Shown here piece after piece: positions 1 through 8,400 of a stretch of 64,000 nucleotides of DNA (positions are counted from its first letter, which is position 1; each line of letters starts with the position of its first letter). This DNA comes from an uncultured Candidatus Binatia bacterium (lineage in GTDB: Bacteria; Desulfobacterota; Binatia; Bin18): positions 635,769-699,768 of the forward strand of contig OY282457.1 of assembly GCA_958296235.1 (NCBI GenBank). The letters run 5' to 3'. The position numbers and the translations under genes were made by a program. Below the pieces are notes generated by a model. It saw only the letters and a program-made list of their open reading frames with translations. It was not told the DNA's origin and ran no database searches.

Positions 1-156
1 CTCTTGCACCGCCAACAAGCCGGGCGGTCCCGCGACAAGCTCGACGCCTTGTTGAGCAGCGACTTCATGGGCTGCGCCAAAGGCCCGGCAGACCTGGCGG
101 GCCAATACAAGCGTTACCTCATACGTGGCCTGGAGGAAAAGCATGGTATTGGCTGA
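1..156 (+). CDS. 3' end of an upstream ORF (possible antitoxin partner of the downstream PIN toxin); partial at window edge
   Basis: Frame 1 is open from the window edge to TGA at 154-156 and overlaps the PIN-gene ATG at 143 by 14 bp, as in type II TA operons. No recognisable domain in the 51 visible residues. Confidence 0.3.
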   Translation, partial: LLHRQQAGRSRDKLDALLSSDFMGCAKGPADLAGQYKRYLIRGLEEKHGIG

Positions 157-574
157 CACTGGATATTGGCTTGCGTTGGCTAATAGCCGGAACCGCTGGC
201 ACGAAGCCCCGATTGAGGCCAGTCGCGGCCTTGACGAAACGTTCGTCGTCACCTGGCCGGTGGTGACGGAAACCTGCCATCTCATGCTCTCGCGATTGGG
301 AGTGCGCGCGGAATTACGCTTTGTCGAGCAGGTATGGAAAAACGTGGACATCCACGCGATCGGACAGGGACATCTCGGCGCTATCCACGAGTTGATGGAG
401 CGCTACGCAAATCTGCCTATGGACTTGGCGGACGCCTCTCTTGTGGTGGCGGCGACCGAACTCGGAGAAGGCCGGATTCTTTCCACAGATCAGCGCGATT
501 TCGAGACGTATCGATGGAAGGATACGCAACCGTTTCACAACCTGCTGCGCCCCTTTGCGGCAGATGCCCTGTGA
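143..574 (+). CDS. vapC: PIN-domain ribonuclease toxin (VapC family)
   Basis: N-terminus MVLADTGYWLAL has the conserved PIN Asp; acidic residues are spread as in PIN domains and the C-terminus is STDQRDFE. ATG at 143 preferred over 125. Overlaps the upstream ORF stop. Confidence 0.75.
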   Translation: MVLADTGYWLALANSRNRWHEAPIEASRGLDETFVVTWPVVTETCHLMLSRLGVRAELRFVEQVWKNVDIHAIGQGHLGAIHELMERYANLPMDLADASLVVAATELGEGRILSTDQRDFETYRWKDTQPFHNLLRPFAADAL

Positions 575-625
575 GCCTGCCACGCTGCCGGCTGGGAAAG
601 AATTACGGCTCTATTTTGAGGCAAC

Positions 626-1642
626 TCACCCCCGAAACCCCGGCATGACCTCCTTGGCAAACAGCTCCAGCGAGCGGGTCGATTTCCTGGGGTCCATGCC
701 GGCCAGCTGCGTGCTCATGATAAAGTGGGTGCATTGAAATTCGTCTGTGAAGCGTTCCATTTTGCGGGCGACCTGGTCCGGCGTGCCGATCATCACGGCT
801 TCACCAAAGGCCGAGTGGCGGAGTTCGCTCGGCTTGGTGAACCGCCATACATCTTTATCCCCAGGGGCGTCATTCGCCTCAGCCAGAATATGGCCGTAGA
901 ACTCCATCATGCTGAACAAATGCTCCTGGCAGTCTTCCCAGGCCTGGTCTGCGGTGTCGGCCAGATACACCAGGCGCAATTGCGCGATATTGAAATCGTC
1001 CGGGTTGCGCCCGCATTTCTTGAGTTCGTCAATATACCACGGCGCCGGGTCGGGCCCGATGGTTGCCATGAGATGACAGCCCAGCCGGGCCGCGTTGCGG
1101 GTCGCCTTCTCGGCCCGCGCGCCGATCCACAGCGGCATGGGCTGCTGCACCGGCTTGGGGCTCAGGGTCAGGTCTTTCACCTGAGTAAAACGCCCGTCAA
1201 ACGTGACCGCGTCTTCAGTCCAGACTTTTTGAATCAGCTCGACGCCCTCGCGTAAACGCGCCGAACGTTCCTTGCGCGGCATGCACAAGGCGTCAAATTC
1301 CATATACGAATAGCCCTGCCCGACACCTAAGTCGAACCGGCCGTTTGACCAGATATCGACACAGGTGGCATCTTCCGCCACCCGAATCGGATGCTGAAAC
1401 GGCAGCAGCAGAATAAACGTCCCAATCCGAATGACGCTGGTTCGGGTAGCAATCGCCGTTGCCGTCGGCAGCAACGACGGATTATAGCCGTCCGCGGTAA
1501 AGTGGTGCTCGGTCAGCCAGACGTTGTCATAGCCCAGCTCTTCTGCCCGAATGGTTTGATCTAACAGCGCGTTATAGAGCTCGGGAAATGGCCGCGCCCA
1601 GGGCTCAGGGTTCCGAAAATCCTCCATAAAACCAAACTGCAT
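626..1642 (-). CDS. LLM-class flavin/F420-dependent oxidoreductase (luciferase-like monooxygenase family)
   Basis: 338 aa, LGYDNVWLTEHHF and a TIM-barrel LLM pattern throughout. Confidence 0.8.
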   Translation of the reverse strand: MQFGFMEDFRNPEPWARPFPELYNALLDQTIRAEELGYDNVWLTEHHFTADGYNPSLLPTATAIATRTSVIRIGTFILLLPFQHPIRVAEDATCVDIWSNGRFDLGVGQGYSYMEFDALCMPRKERSARLREGVELIQKVWTEDAVTFDGRFTQVKDLTLSPKPVQQPMPLWIGARAEKATRNAARLGCHLMATIGPDPAPWYIDELKKCGRNPDDFNIAQLRLVYLADTADQAWEDCQEHLFSMMEFYGHILAEANDAPGDKDVWRFTKPSELRHSAFGEAVMIGTPDQVARKMERFTDEFQCTHFIMSTQLAGMDPRKSTRSLELFAKEVMPGFRG

Positions 1643-1689
1643 AGGATAGTCCTCCTCTCTAATTTACGAATTGACATACTCAGAACGCT

Positions 1690-1790
1690 GTCAGGCTCCA
1701 CTCCGCTCATCCTTAAACTTCCCCTCACCCTCTCCCCCAAGGGGCGAGGGGATAAGACAAGACTCCCCCAATCCCTAATCCCCAATCTCC
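1690..1790. repeat. GC-rich hairpin REP-like element (singleton in window)
   Basis: Intergenic ccctcaccctctcccccaaggggcgagggg palindromic stem. Same sequence style as the other hairpin repeats (translates as PSPxGEG in ORF artefacts). Confidence 0.35.
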
Positions 1791-3193
1791 GGGCGACGCT
1801 CGCCCACCCGCGTGGCCTGCTCAAACGCATAGGCTAACTGAAGCACCCCCAATTCGTTCTGGTGCCGACCAACGATCTGCACCCCAACGGGCAGGCCCTC
1901 TGGTGTAAAGCCGCACGGCACTGAAATGGCCGGCAGGCCGGTGACGCTGATATAGTAACACGAGCGCATCCAGTCCAAATATGTCTCCATCTGTACGCCG
2001 TTAATCTCCCGCACGTAGCGCTGTTTGACATCAAACGGCGGCACCTGAGAGACGGGCGCAATGAGAAACTCGTACTGTTCCATGAACGCATGCACCCGAT
2101 GATAGAGCAGCGTCCGCTTTTTCTCGGCCTGCCCGATTTGCGGGCCGGTGAGTTTTGTCCCTTCTTCAATATTCCAGATAACCGTGTCCTTCATTTTGTC
2201 CCGATGTTCGGGCAGCAGCTCGCCCAAAGACAGCTCAAAATACCACGCCCGCCACACGCGAAAGACTTCGTCAGCGTCTTTGAAATCGGGCGTCGCTTCC
2301 TCGATGACGCAACCCAGGTCAGCAAACACGGCCCGCTGGCTTTCGAGCGCCGCGGTCACGCGGGCGTCCACCGGCAGGCCACCCAGCGTCGGACTCCAGG
2401 CAATCCGTGTATCCGCAAAAGAACGTTCAAGGGGCTGAAGAAACTGCGCGCCCGATTGGGGATTAGCAATCGGCGCCCGAGGGTCAGGCCCGGCCATAAC
2501 GCTCAGCAACAGCGCCACATCCTGCACGGTGCGCGCCAGCGGCCCTTCGACGGCAAACGGAAACCAGCCGACCCGGTGCGGCCAGGTGGGCACCCGACCG
2601 GGCGAGGGGCGAAACCCGACGACATTGCAAAAACTGGCCGGGTTGCGCAGCGAGCCGCCCAGGTCGCTGCCGTCGGCAATCGGCAGCATCCCGATCGCCA
2701 GCGCCACCGCGGCTCCACCGCTGCTGCCCCCACAGGTTGTGGAGAGATCGTATGGGTTGAGTGTTTCACCAAACACTTCGTTATACGTTTGCGAGCCGGC
2801 CCCGAACTCGGGCGTATTCGTCTTGCCAATGGCAATCGCGCCGGCGGCGCGCAGGCGTTCGACAATAATCTCGTCCTGGTCGGGAACAAAGTCGGCAAAG
2901 ATCGGCGAGCCGAGCGTGGTGCGTATGCCTTTGGTCAAGACCAAATCCTTGTGCGCAATGGGCAAGCCGTGCAGCGGGCCAACCGCCTGGCCTCGCCCGA
3001 GCGTTTCATCGGCTTCGGTCGCCCGCTCCAGGCCCCGCTCGGCCAACAGGGTCACAATCGCGTTCACCCGCGGATTGATGCGGTCGATCCGGGCCAGGTG
3101 GGCTTCCAGGACTTCCCGACATGACACTTCGCGGGCGCGAATGCGCGCGGCCAGTTCGGTTGCGCTGAGAAAACAGAGTTCGGCAGCAGACAT
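1775..3193 (-). CDS. Amidase-signature family amidase (GatA-like)
   Basis: 472 aa with the GGSSGGAAVALA amidase signature and a Ser-cisSer-Lys context. Confidence 0.85.
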   Translation of the reverse strand: MSAAELCFLSATELAARIRAREVSCREVLEAHLARIDRINPRVNAIVTLLAERGLERATEADETLGRGQAVGPLHGLPIAHKDLVLTKGIRTTLGSPIFADFVPDQDEIIVERLRAAGAIAIGKTNTPEFGAGSQTYNEVFGETLNPYDLSTTCGGSSGGAAVALAIGMLPIADGSDLGGSLRNPASFCNVVGFRPSPGRVPTWPHRVGWFPFAVEGPLARTVQDVALLLSVMAGPDPRAPIANPQSGAQFLQPLERSFADTRIAWSPTLGGLPVDARVTAALESQRAVFADLGCVIEEATPDFKDADEVFRVWRAWYFELSLGELLPEHRDKMKDTVIWNIEEGTKLTGPQIGQAEKKRTLLYHRVHAFMEQYEFLIAPVSQVPPFDVKQRYVREINGVQMETYLDWMRSCYYISVTGLPAISVPCGFTPEGLPVGVQIVGRHQNELGVLQLAYAFEQATRVGERRPEIGD

Positions 3194-3347
3194 ACTCCCT
3201 CCCTTGGACGAGCCCGTCCCTCCTGTTTATCCGAGCAGCCTAGCCTTAGCATAGTCAAAGGACAACGGCGCTTGAAAGGGACGCCAGTACTGATATGCAG
3301 TCCGGCATGAGACTCTCTCGACCGCGAACCAGGATGAGGAGGACATA

Positions 3348-4742
3348 ATGAGCCGACCTTTTCCGCCTGATCCATTTCTACAGGGGAATTATGCGCCCTG
3401 GCCTCTGGAGGGCGAGATTCACGACCTGGTCGTCAGGGGCGACATTCCACCTGAGCTGAACGGCACCCTGTATCGCAATGGCTCCAACCCGCAGTTTGCG
3501 CCACGTGGGCGGTATCACTGGTTTGATGGCGACGGCATGATCCACGCGTTTACCCTGAGCGCGGGCAAAGCGCATTACCGCAATCGCTGGGTCCGCACAG
3601 AACGGTTCAGGCTTGAGCGCCAGCACGGGGAAGCGCTCTTTGCCGGTCTCAGCGACCTGAGCAATACGGATGAACGAGCCCAGGGCGTTTTTCCGAACGC
3701 GGCCAATACGAATATCATCTTCCATGCCGGGCGGCTGCTCGCCCTGTGGGAAGGCGGCCCACCCTACGAACTTGACCCCTCAACCCTCGAAACCATTGGT
3801 GGGTATGATTTTAACGGGACACTCCAGGGGGCCATGACCGCCCATCCCAAGGTCGACCCGGAAACGGGCGAACTCCTCTTTTTTGGCTACGGGCCGTTCC
3901 CGCCCTATCTGCGCTACACAGTCGTCTCCGCGGACGGCGTTATTACGCGGCACGAAGAGATTCCCCTTCCAGTACCGACCATGATGCACGATTTCATTGT
4001 CACCCGAGAGCACGTCATCTTCATGGTTTTTCCGGCCACGCTCCGCCCGGAAAATCTGACTTCCGGCTCTCCTGTACGCTGGGAGCCGGAACTCGGAACG
4101 CGCATCGGGGTCATGCCACGCAACGGGGGGAACGCGGATATCGTCTGGTTTGAAACCGAGCCCTGCTTTGTGTTTCATGCCATGAATGCCTACACCCAGG
4201 GCCATACAGTCATTGCCGACGTGTGTCAGTTTCACCGGCTGCCACTGTTTCAGGTTGCCGAAGGAGACCTGGAGACCAATATCCCGGTCTTCACTCGCTG
4301 GTCGCTTGACCTGACGGACCGCTCAATCACCCAGGCACAACAGGACGACCGCTTCAGCGAGTTTCCCCGCCTGGACGAACGCTATGCCGGCCGGCCCTAT
4401 CGGAAGGGGTATGCCGCCGGCCAAGAGGGCAGCGTGCCTCCCTCGGAAGGTCTTTTTAACACGGTCATTGGGTATGACCATGCAAACGGCCACTCCCATA
4501 CCCACGCGTTCGGCCCGGACAGCTATTCCTCGGAGCCGATTTTTGTCCCACGCTCTGCGCGGTCAGCCGAAGGCGGGGGATTTCTGCTCGTGGGAGTGTA
4601 CCGCAAAGAGGAAAACCGGAGCGACCTGGTCATTCTCGACGCCACAAACATGACACACGAGCCACTGGCCACCGTCCACCTCCCCCACCGGGTGCCGTAC
4701 GGCTTTCATGGCAACTGGGTTGAGGGCTTGTCGGTGGAGTAG
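3348..4742 (+). CDS. Carotenoid/apocarotenoid cleavage dioxygenase (RPE65/CCD family)
   Basis: 464 aa. N-terminal FLQGNYAPW and GELHDL-type motifs, conserved His positions and a beta-propeller pattern. RBS-like purines precede the ATG. Confidence 0.85.
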   Translation: MSRPFPPDPFLQGNYAPWPLEGEIHDLVVRGDIPPELNGTLYRNGSNPQFAPRGRYHWFDGDGMIHAFTLSAGKAHYRNRWVRTERFRLERQHGEALFAGLSDLSNTDERAQGVFPNAANTNIIFHAGRLLALWEGGPPYELDPSTLETIGGYDFNGTLQGAMTAHPKVDPETGELLFFGYGPFPPYLRYTVVSADGVITRHEEIPLPVPTMMHDFIVTREHVIFMVFPATLRPENLTSGSPVRWEPELGTRIGVMPRNGGNADIVWFETEPCFVFHAMNAYTQGHTVIADVCQFHRLPLFQVAEGDLETNIPVFTRWSLDLTDRSITQAQQDDRFSEFPRLDERYAGRPYRKGYAAGQEGSVPPSEGLFNTVIGYDHANGHSHTHAFGPDSYSSEPIFVPRSARSAEGGGFLLVGVYRKEENRSDLVILDATNMTHEPLATVHLPHRVPYGFHGNWVEGLSVE

Positions 4743-4772
4743 CGCTTTCGGCCCACCAACGCTCCTGCTCGG

Positions 4773-5213
4773 TCAGGCCGGAGTACGGAAATCTCCCAAG
4801 CGCGCAATGCAACCGACCGAGCGCGCCTTTCGATAGTAACGCTCGTCCGCGGTCACGAGCGTCGTATCAAAAGCGCACAGGGCAACGGCATGGTACAGGG
4901 TGTCAAACAGATGGTGCTTAAATTGAATAGCCAGTTTGCAGGCATGCTTGTACACTTCGAGCGTTTCCAGGACAGGAATTTCCATAGCGGACAGTAACCC
5001 GACCTCTTCGTGTACCGCCTCTGGGGCCAGACGGGAGACGACTGCAGCTACTTCGGCCAACCAATGAGATGGCTGTACGACCTGCACGCTTCCCGATTGC
5101 ATTGCCCGGAGCAGAGCCACCGCGGCTTGCGCGTCAGCCTCGTTTTCAGGGTCGGGAAAAATCCACTTGACGACAACACTCGCATCCACAACCGCCCGAA
5201 CCACTGGCATCAA
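4773..5213 (-). CDS. vapC: PIN-domain toxin (VapC family)
   Basis: 146 aa, VVDASVVVKW N-terminus. Start overlaps the stop of the upstream RHH antitoxin by 4 bp. Confidence 0.8.
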   Translation of the reverse strand: MMPVVRAVVDASVVVKWIFPDPENEADAQAAVALLRAMQSGSVQVVQPSHWLAEVAAVVSRLAPEAVHEEVGLLSAMEIPVLETLEVYKHACKLAIQFKHHLFDTLYHAVALCAFDTTLVTADERYYRKARSVGCIARLGDFRTPA

Positions 5214-5443
5214 GGGCGGCCTTTCTCTCGGGCCGTACGCAGCGTTGCCGTGCGCACGGATGGCATCTTTTGTCGTGCGGTGAGCAAGGCCTCAATCGCG
5301 TGAGAACGCCGCTCAAGACGCTGGTGTTCCTCAATGGCGTCCCGCATGAGTTGCGTCATAATGGCGCTCTTGTTCTTTTTCGCAAAGACCTTATTGAATT
5401 CCGCCTTGACCTCTTCGGGAACGCTGAAATTGACGGTTGCCAT
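5210..5443 (-). CDS. vapB: Ribbon-helix-helix/ParD-like antitoxin (VapB partner)
   Basis: 77 aa MATVNFSVPEEVKAEFNKVFA, typical RHH antitoxin. The ORF track starts at GTG 5449; ATG at 5443 is preferred (GGAG RBS at 5447-5452 on the minus strand). Confidence 0.7.
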   Translation of the reverse strand: MATVNFSVPEEVKAEFNKVFAKKNKSAIMTQLMRDAIEEHQRLERRSHAIEALLTARQKMPSVRTATLRTAREKGRP

Positions 5444-5455
5444 ACCCACTCCATT

Positions 5456-5474
5456 TTGTTGAAATTTTCAACAA
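5456..5474. promoter_or_regulatory. Perfect 9-1-9 palindrome TTGTTGAAA-t-TTTCAACAA just upstream of the vapB RBS (putative autoregulatory operator)
   Basis: Read directly from the sequence. Position is typical for a TA operator overlapping the promoter. Confidence 0.5.
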
Positions 5475-5585
5475 CCAATACATCCCGCAGACCCTTGGGT
5501 CAAGGCGATTGAAGTCTCACGCTTCGGCTGAAAAGGATTCGCCCTCGCCCTGCGGTCGCAGGGCGTGTGGAGAGGGCAATGCGGA

Positions 5586-5846
5586 TCAACCTTTCTCGTC
5601 AAGCAGTTTCCGTAGCGCGTCCGTGTGCGCATTGAGGGTAGCTGTCTGCGCATTAAGAGCAGCTGCATTGGCGTTGAGAGTGGCAGCGTTGGCCTTGAGG
5701 TCCTCGGCTATACCATACAGGACCGCAGTATTGGCTTTGCGTTCTTCGTTGCTCAGTTTCATCAGGCTGATGCCCCAGGCGATCAGACCTGTTTGCAAGA
5801 GGCTCACAACGACTTGAGCAATTGATGTCATCTCTACTATCTGCAT
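5586..5846 (-). CDS. Small membrane-anchored coiled-coil protein (hypothetical)
   Basis: 86 aa: N-terminal TM helix IAQVVVSLLQTGLIAWGISLM followed by LNA(N/H/Q)-type heptad repeats. The DNA shows degenerate ~21-nt tandem units (gcgcattgagggtagctgtct ...). Confidence 0.4.
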   Translation of the reverse strand: MQIVEMTSIAQVVVSLLQTGLIAWGISLMKLSNEERKANTAVLYGIAEDLKANAATLNANAAALNAQTATLNAHTDALRKLLDEKG

Positions 5847-5972
5847 AGGGCCTCAGTAAGGAATTTATTCATCCGGGCGAGCCTAGCGCAACGCCGGGCG
5901 CTTGACAAATCAAGTCCGGCGCAGACAGGTGGAGTCATTGACGGCGTAGAGGTACAGACATAAGGCTGAGTC

Positions 5973-6704
5973 ATGAATCGGCGTGTCATCGGCCTCGGTC
6001 TGGGCTGCCTCGTCTGCGTAGCTGCGGTCGGCACCAACGCGGCCCCGGACAGCGATATCGAGCGCAGCGGCAGCATAAGCGGACAGGTCGTCTTTGCCGG
6101 CAGCGCTCCGCGGCAAGGCAGCCTGCCCGTCCACAAAAACAAAGCAGTCTGCGGAGCAAGCACTCCTGACGAGAGTCTTCTTATCGATACTCACGGCGGA
6201 CTCAAGAATGTCGCTGTCATCCTTGACGGCATTGACGCCGGCAAAGGCCGCCCGGCCCCGCCCGCGCAACTGGACAACAAAGACTGCGCCTTTGTCCCCC
6301 GCGTCCAAACCATGACCGTCGGGCAAACCCTCATCCTTCGGAACAGCGACTTCATCCTGCATAATGTCCATGCTCGCCGCAATGGCTACAAGACCGTGTT
6401 CAACCTGGGCCTGCCGCACTGGTCCGAGAAAACCTATCGCTTTGAGCAGCCGGGCCGTATTCGAGTTGACTGTGATGTGCTGCATACCTGGATGCGAGCG
6501 CATATTATTGTTACCGACCATCCTTATACCGCGGTAACGGATGCGGCGGGACAGTTCAGCATCACCCGGATTCCCCAGGGAAAATATGCCCTGCGCTTGT
6601 GGCACGAGCAGCTTGGAGAACAAGCCCAGCCAGTGTCAGTCCGCACGGCCCAGGAGACCCGTGTCCGGCTGACCTATCCAGCCCAGGCGCAAAAGGGACA
6701 CTGA
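5973..6704 (+). CDS. Secreted cupredoxin-like (type-1 copper) protein with carboxypeptidase-regulatory-like beta-sandwich segments
   Basis: Signal peptide MNRRVIGLGLGCLVCVAAVG. Candidate T1-Cu ligands are His in FILHNVH and C-x3-H-x2-M in VDCDVLHTWM. C-terminal DAAGQFSITRIPQGKYALRLWHE resembles a CarboxypepD_reg fold. Confidence 0.55.
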   Translation: MNRRVIGLGLGCLVCVAAVGTNAAPDSDIERSGSISGQVVFAGSAPRQGSLPVHKNKAVCGASTPDESLLIDTHGGLKNVAVILDGIDAGKGRPAPPAQLDNKDCAFVPRVQTMTVGQTLILRNSDFILHNVHARRNGYKTVFNLGLPHWSEKTYRFEQPGRIRVDCDVLHTWMRAHIIVTDHPYTAVTDAAGQFSITRIPQGKYALRLWHEQLGEQAQPVSVRTAQETRVRLTYPAQAQKGH

Positions 6705-6705
6705 A

Positions 6706-7041
6706 TCAGTCGATTGCCAGGAAGCGGGACAGCGCATCTTTCACCGCTCTGCCGTCTCGGTGCGACAACGTGCCAACCTTACGCACAATCAGGGCGTCAT
6801 CGAGGGTGAAGAGCTTGAAGCGGACCTTACACGGGGCGTTGAGGCCGGCTTCCCGCCAGCCCTGGATCGCCACGTCGCTCGGCCAACTACCTCCAGTCGA
6901 GGTAATCATGGCCAGGATCGTCTGTTCGTGAGCCTCATTAAAGCTGGCCGATGAGACGATCAGAGCCGGACGGCGCTTGGTGGCTCGTCGGTCTGTGAAA
7001 GGAAAGGGAACGACGACGACATCAAGCGGCTCACAGGTCAC
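6706..7041 (-). CDS. mazF: MazF/PemK-family endoribonuclease toxin
   Basis: 111 aa, VVVPFPFTD...KRRPALIVS hallmark. Overlaps the upstream antitoxin by 11 bp. Confidence 0.8.
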   Translation of the reverse strand: MTCEPLDVVVVPFPFTDRRATKRRPALIVSSASFNEAHEQTILAMITSTGGSWPSDVAIQGWREAGLNAPCKVRFKLFTLDDALIVRKVGTLSHRDGRAVKDALSRFLAID

Positions 7042-7255
7042 GCCACGCTTCCTCGTCCTCGGGCGAGGCCCATTCGCTGAGAACCTCGGAGAGGCCTTGC
7101 AGGTAGTCGTCCCGCCCTGGTGTCACCTTGTGCACCACCAGATGATTGCCCTCAATCTCGAAGGCAATCACGTCGCCCGCGTGCAGGTTCGCCGCCTCGC
7201 GGATGCTCTTGGGGATCGTCGTCTGCCCACGTGCTGTAATCTTGGCGAGTTCCAT
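7031..7255 (-). CDS. mazE: AbrB/MazE/SpoVT-family antitoxin
   Basis: 74 aa, ITARGQTTIPKSIRE swapped-hairpin motif. Acidic C-terminal tail. Confidence 0.8.
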   Translation of the reverse strand: MELAKITARGQTTIPKSIREAANLHAGDVIAFEIEGNHLVVHKVTPGRDDYLQGLSEVLSEWASPEDEEAWRDL

Positions 7256-7322
7256 TTACGTACTTTATTGATATGCTTATCAGGCAGAAAGTAGGAGAAA
7301 ATAGCACTGAAGGCAACGCCTG

Positions 7323-7475
7323 GTACTGGTCCAGTTTCACATCTCCCGCCCCCGCTGCCGGCTCAGAGCCCCCCCTCCCTGACCCTCCCCCTCCAGGGGG
7401 GAGGGAATATCTGCTCCCTCTCCCCTGGAGGGAGAGGGCTGGGGTGAGGGGGAATAAGCAAACTGAACCACTACC
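7323..7475. repeat. MITE/REP-like element, family A copy 1 (16-bp terminal inverted repeats, two GC hairpins)
   Basis: About 90% identical over ~100 bp to 10038-10164. Ends ggtactggtccagttt ... aaactgaaccactacc are reverse complements. Produces the spurious PSPQPSPSRGEG ORFs. Confidence 0.7.
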
Positions 7476-7520
7476 CAACGCCTCCCCATGAACTCGACAA
7501 ATTTGCAGAGGAGAAAGCCC

Positions 7521-8216
7521 ATGTCAAACAATCCTGTACATTATGAACTGAACGACGGTATTGCCGTGCTGCGTCTTGACGACGGAAAGGCCAACGCAGT
7601 CAACCATGCGCTGATCCAGGGCGTGAATGATGCTTTGGACAAGGCTGCGCAGGAAGCCAAGGCCGTGGTCTTGACGGGCCGGCCCGGTCGCTTTTCCGCG
7701 GGATTTGATCTTGCGGTCCTCCAGTCCGGTCCAGAGGCCGGCCACACCCTCGTGACTGCCGGCGCGCGGATGCTGCTCAAATTATTTACCCATCCGCAAC
7801 CGGTTGTCGCTGCCAGCACAGGTCACGCTATTGCCGCCGGCGGCTTTATGCTGCTCGCCAGCGATACCCGTTTGGGCGTACAGGGCGATTTCAAAATCGG
7901 ACTCAATGAGGTCGCTATTGGGATGACGCTGCCGGAATTTGGCCTGATGTTCGCGCGTGAGCGGCTGTCCAAGCGTCACTTTACCAACGCAGTGATCCAA
8001 GCCCGCTTGTACACGCCAGCCGAGGCAGTTGATGTCGGTTTCCTGGATCGGGTGTGTACGGCTGAAACCCTGTTAGACGAAGCGCTCAGCGAAGCCCGTC
8101 GCCTTACCTCGCTCGACCTGCCATCCTATGGCCGCACGAAGTTACGCTCGCGGAGTGCGCTTGCAGAGCAGATACGCAGCGGTTTGGATGAAGATATCGC
8201 CCGGTTAATGGCCTAG
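7521..8216 (+). CDS. Enoyl-CoA hydratase/isomerase (crotonase) family protein
   Basis: GIAVLRLDDGKANAVN, GRPGRFSAGFDL oxyanion-hole motifs. ATG 7521 preferred over 7488. Confidence 0.8.
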   Translation: MSNNPVHYELNDGIAVLRLDDGKANAVNHALIQGVNDALDKAAQEAKAVVLTGRPGRFSAGFDLAVLQSGPEAGHTLVTAGARMLLKLFTHPQPVVAASTGHAIAAGGFMLLASDTRLGVQGDFKIGLNEVAIGMTLPEFGLMFARERLSKRHFTNAVIQARLYTPAEAVDVGFLDRVCTAETLLDEALSEARRLTSLDLPSYGRTKLRSRSALAEQIRSGLDEDIARLMA

Positions 8217-8240
8217 GGGAGTCGAATTGCCGAGGCAGAA

Positions 8241-8386
8241 TTCCCCTGCCCTCTTAAGGCGTGTGCTGCCCATTGTGTCGCCGGCCCCCCAAGCGGTCCG
8301 TCGGCCCCCTCACCCGGCCCTTCGACAGGCTCAGGGCCACCCTCTCCCTCCAGGGGAGAGGGAAAGGCAGGAGGCCCGCTCCCGCG
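8241..8386. repeat. REP-like element, family B copy 1
   Basis: Shares cgtgtgctgcccattgtgtcgccggcccc ... ctcacccggcccttcgacaggctcagggccaccctctcc ... aggggagagggaaag ... gcccgctcccgc with 48008-48152. Confidence 0.6.
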
Positions 8387-8400
8387 ACCTGCTCAAAGGA

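Noticed and set aside
7337-7531. ORFs translating as ...AYSPSPQPSPSRGEG...PLEGEGQGGG (also 7273-7491, 9912-10151, 10041-10268, and the N-terminal 80 aa of 8401-10161)
   Set aside because: These are translations of the GC-hairpin MITE/REP elements (family A) in several frames, not genes.
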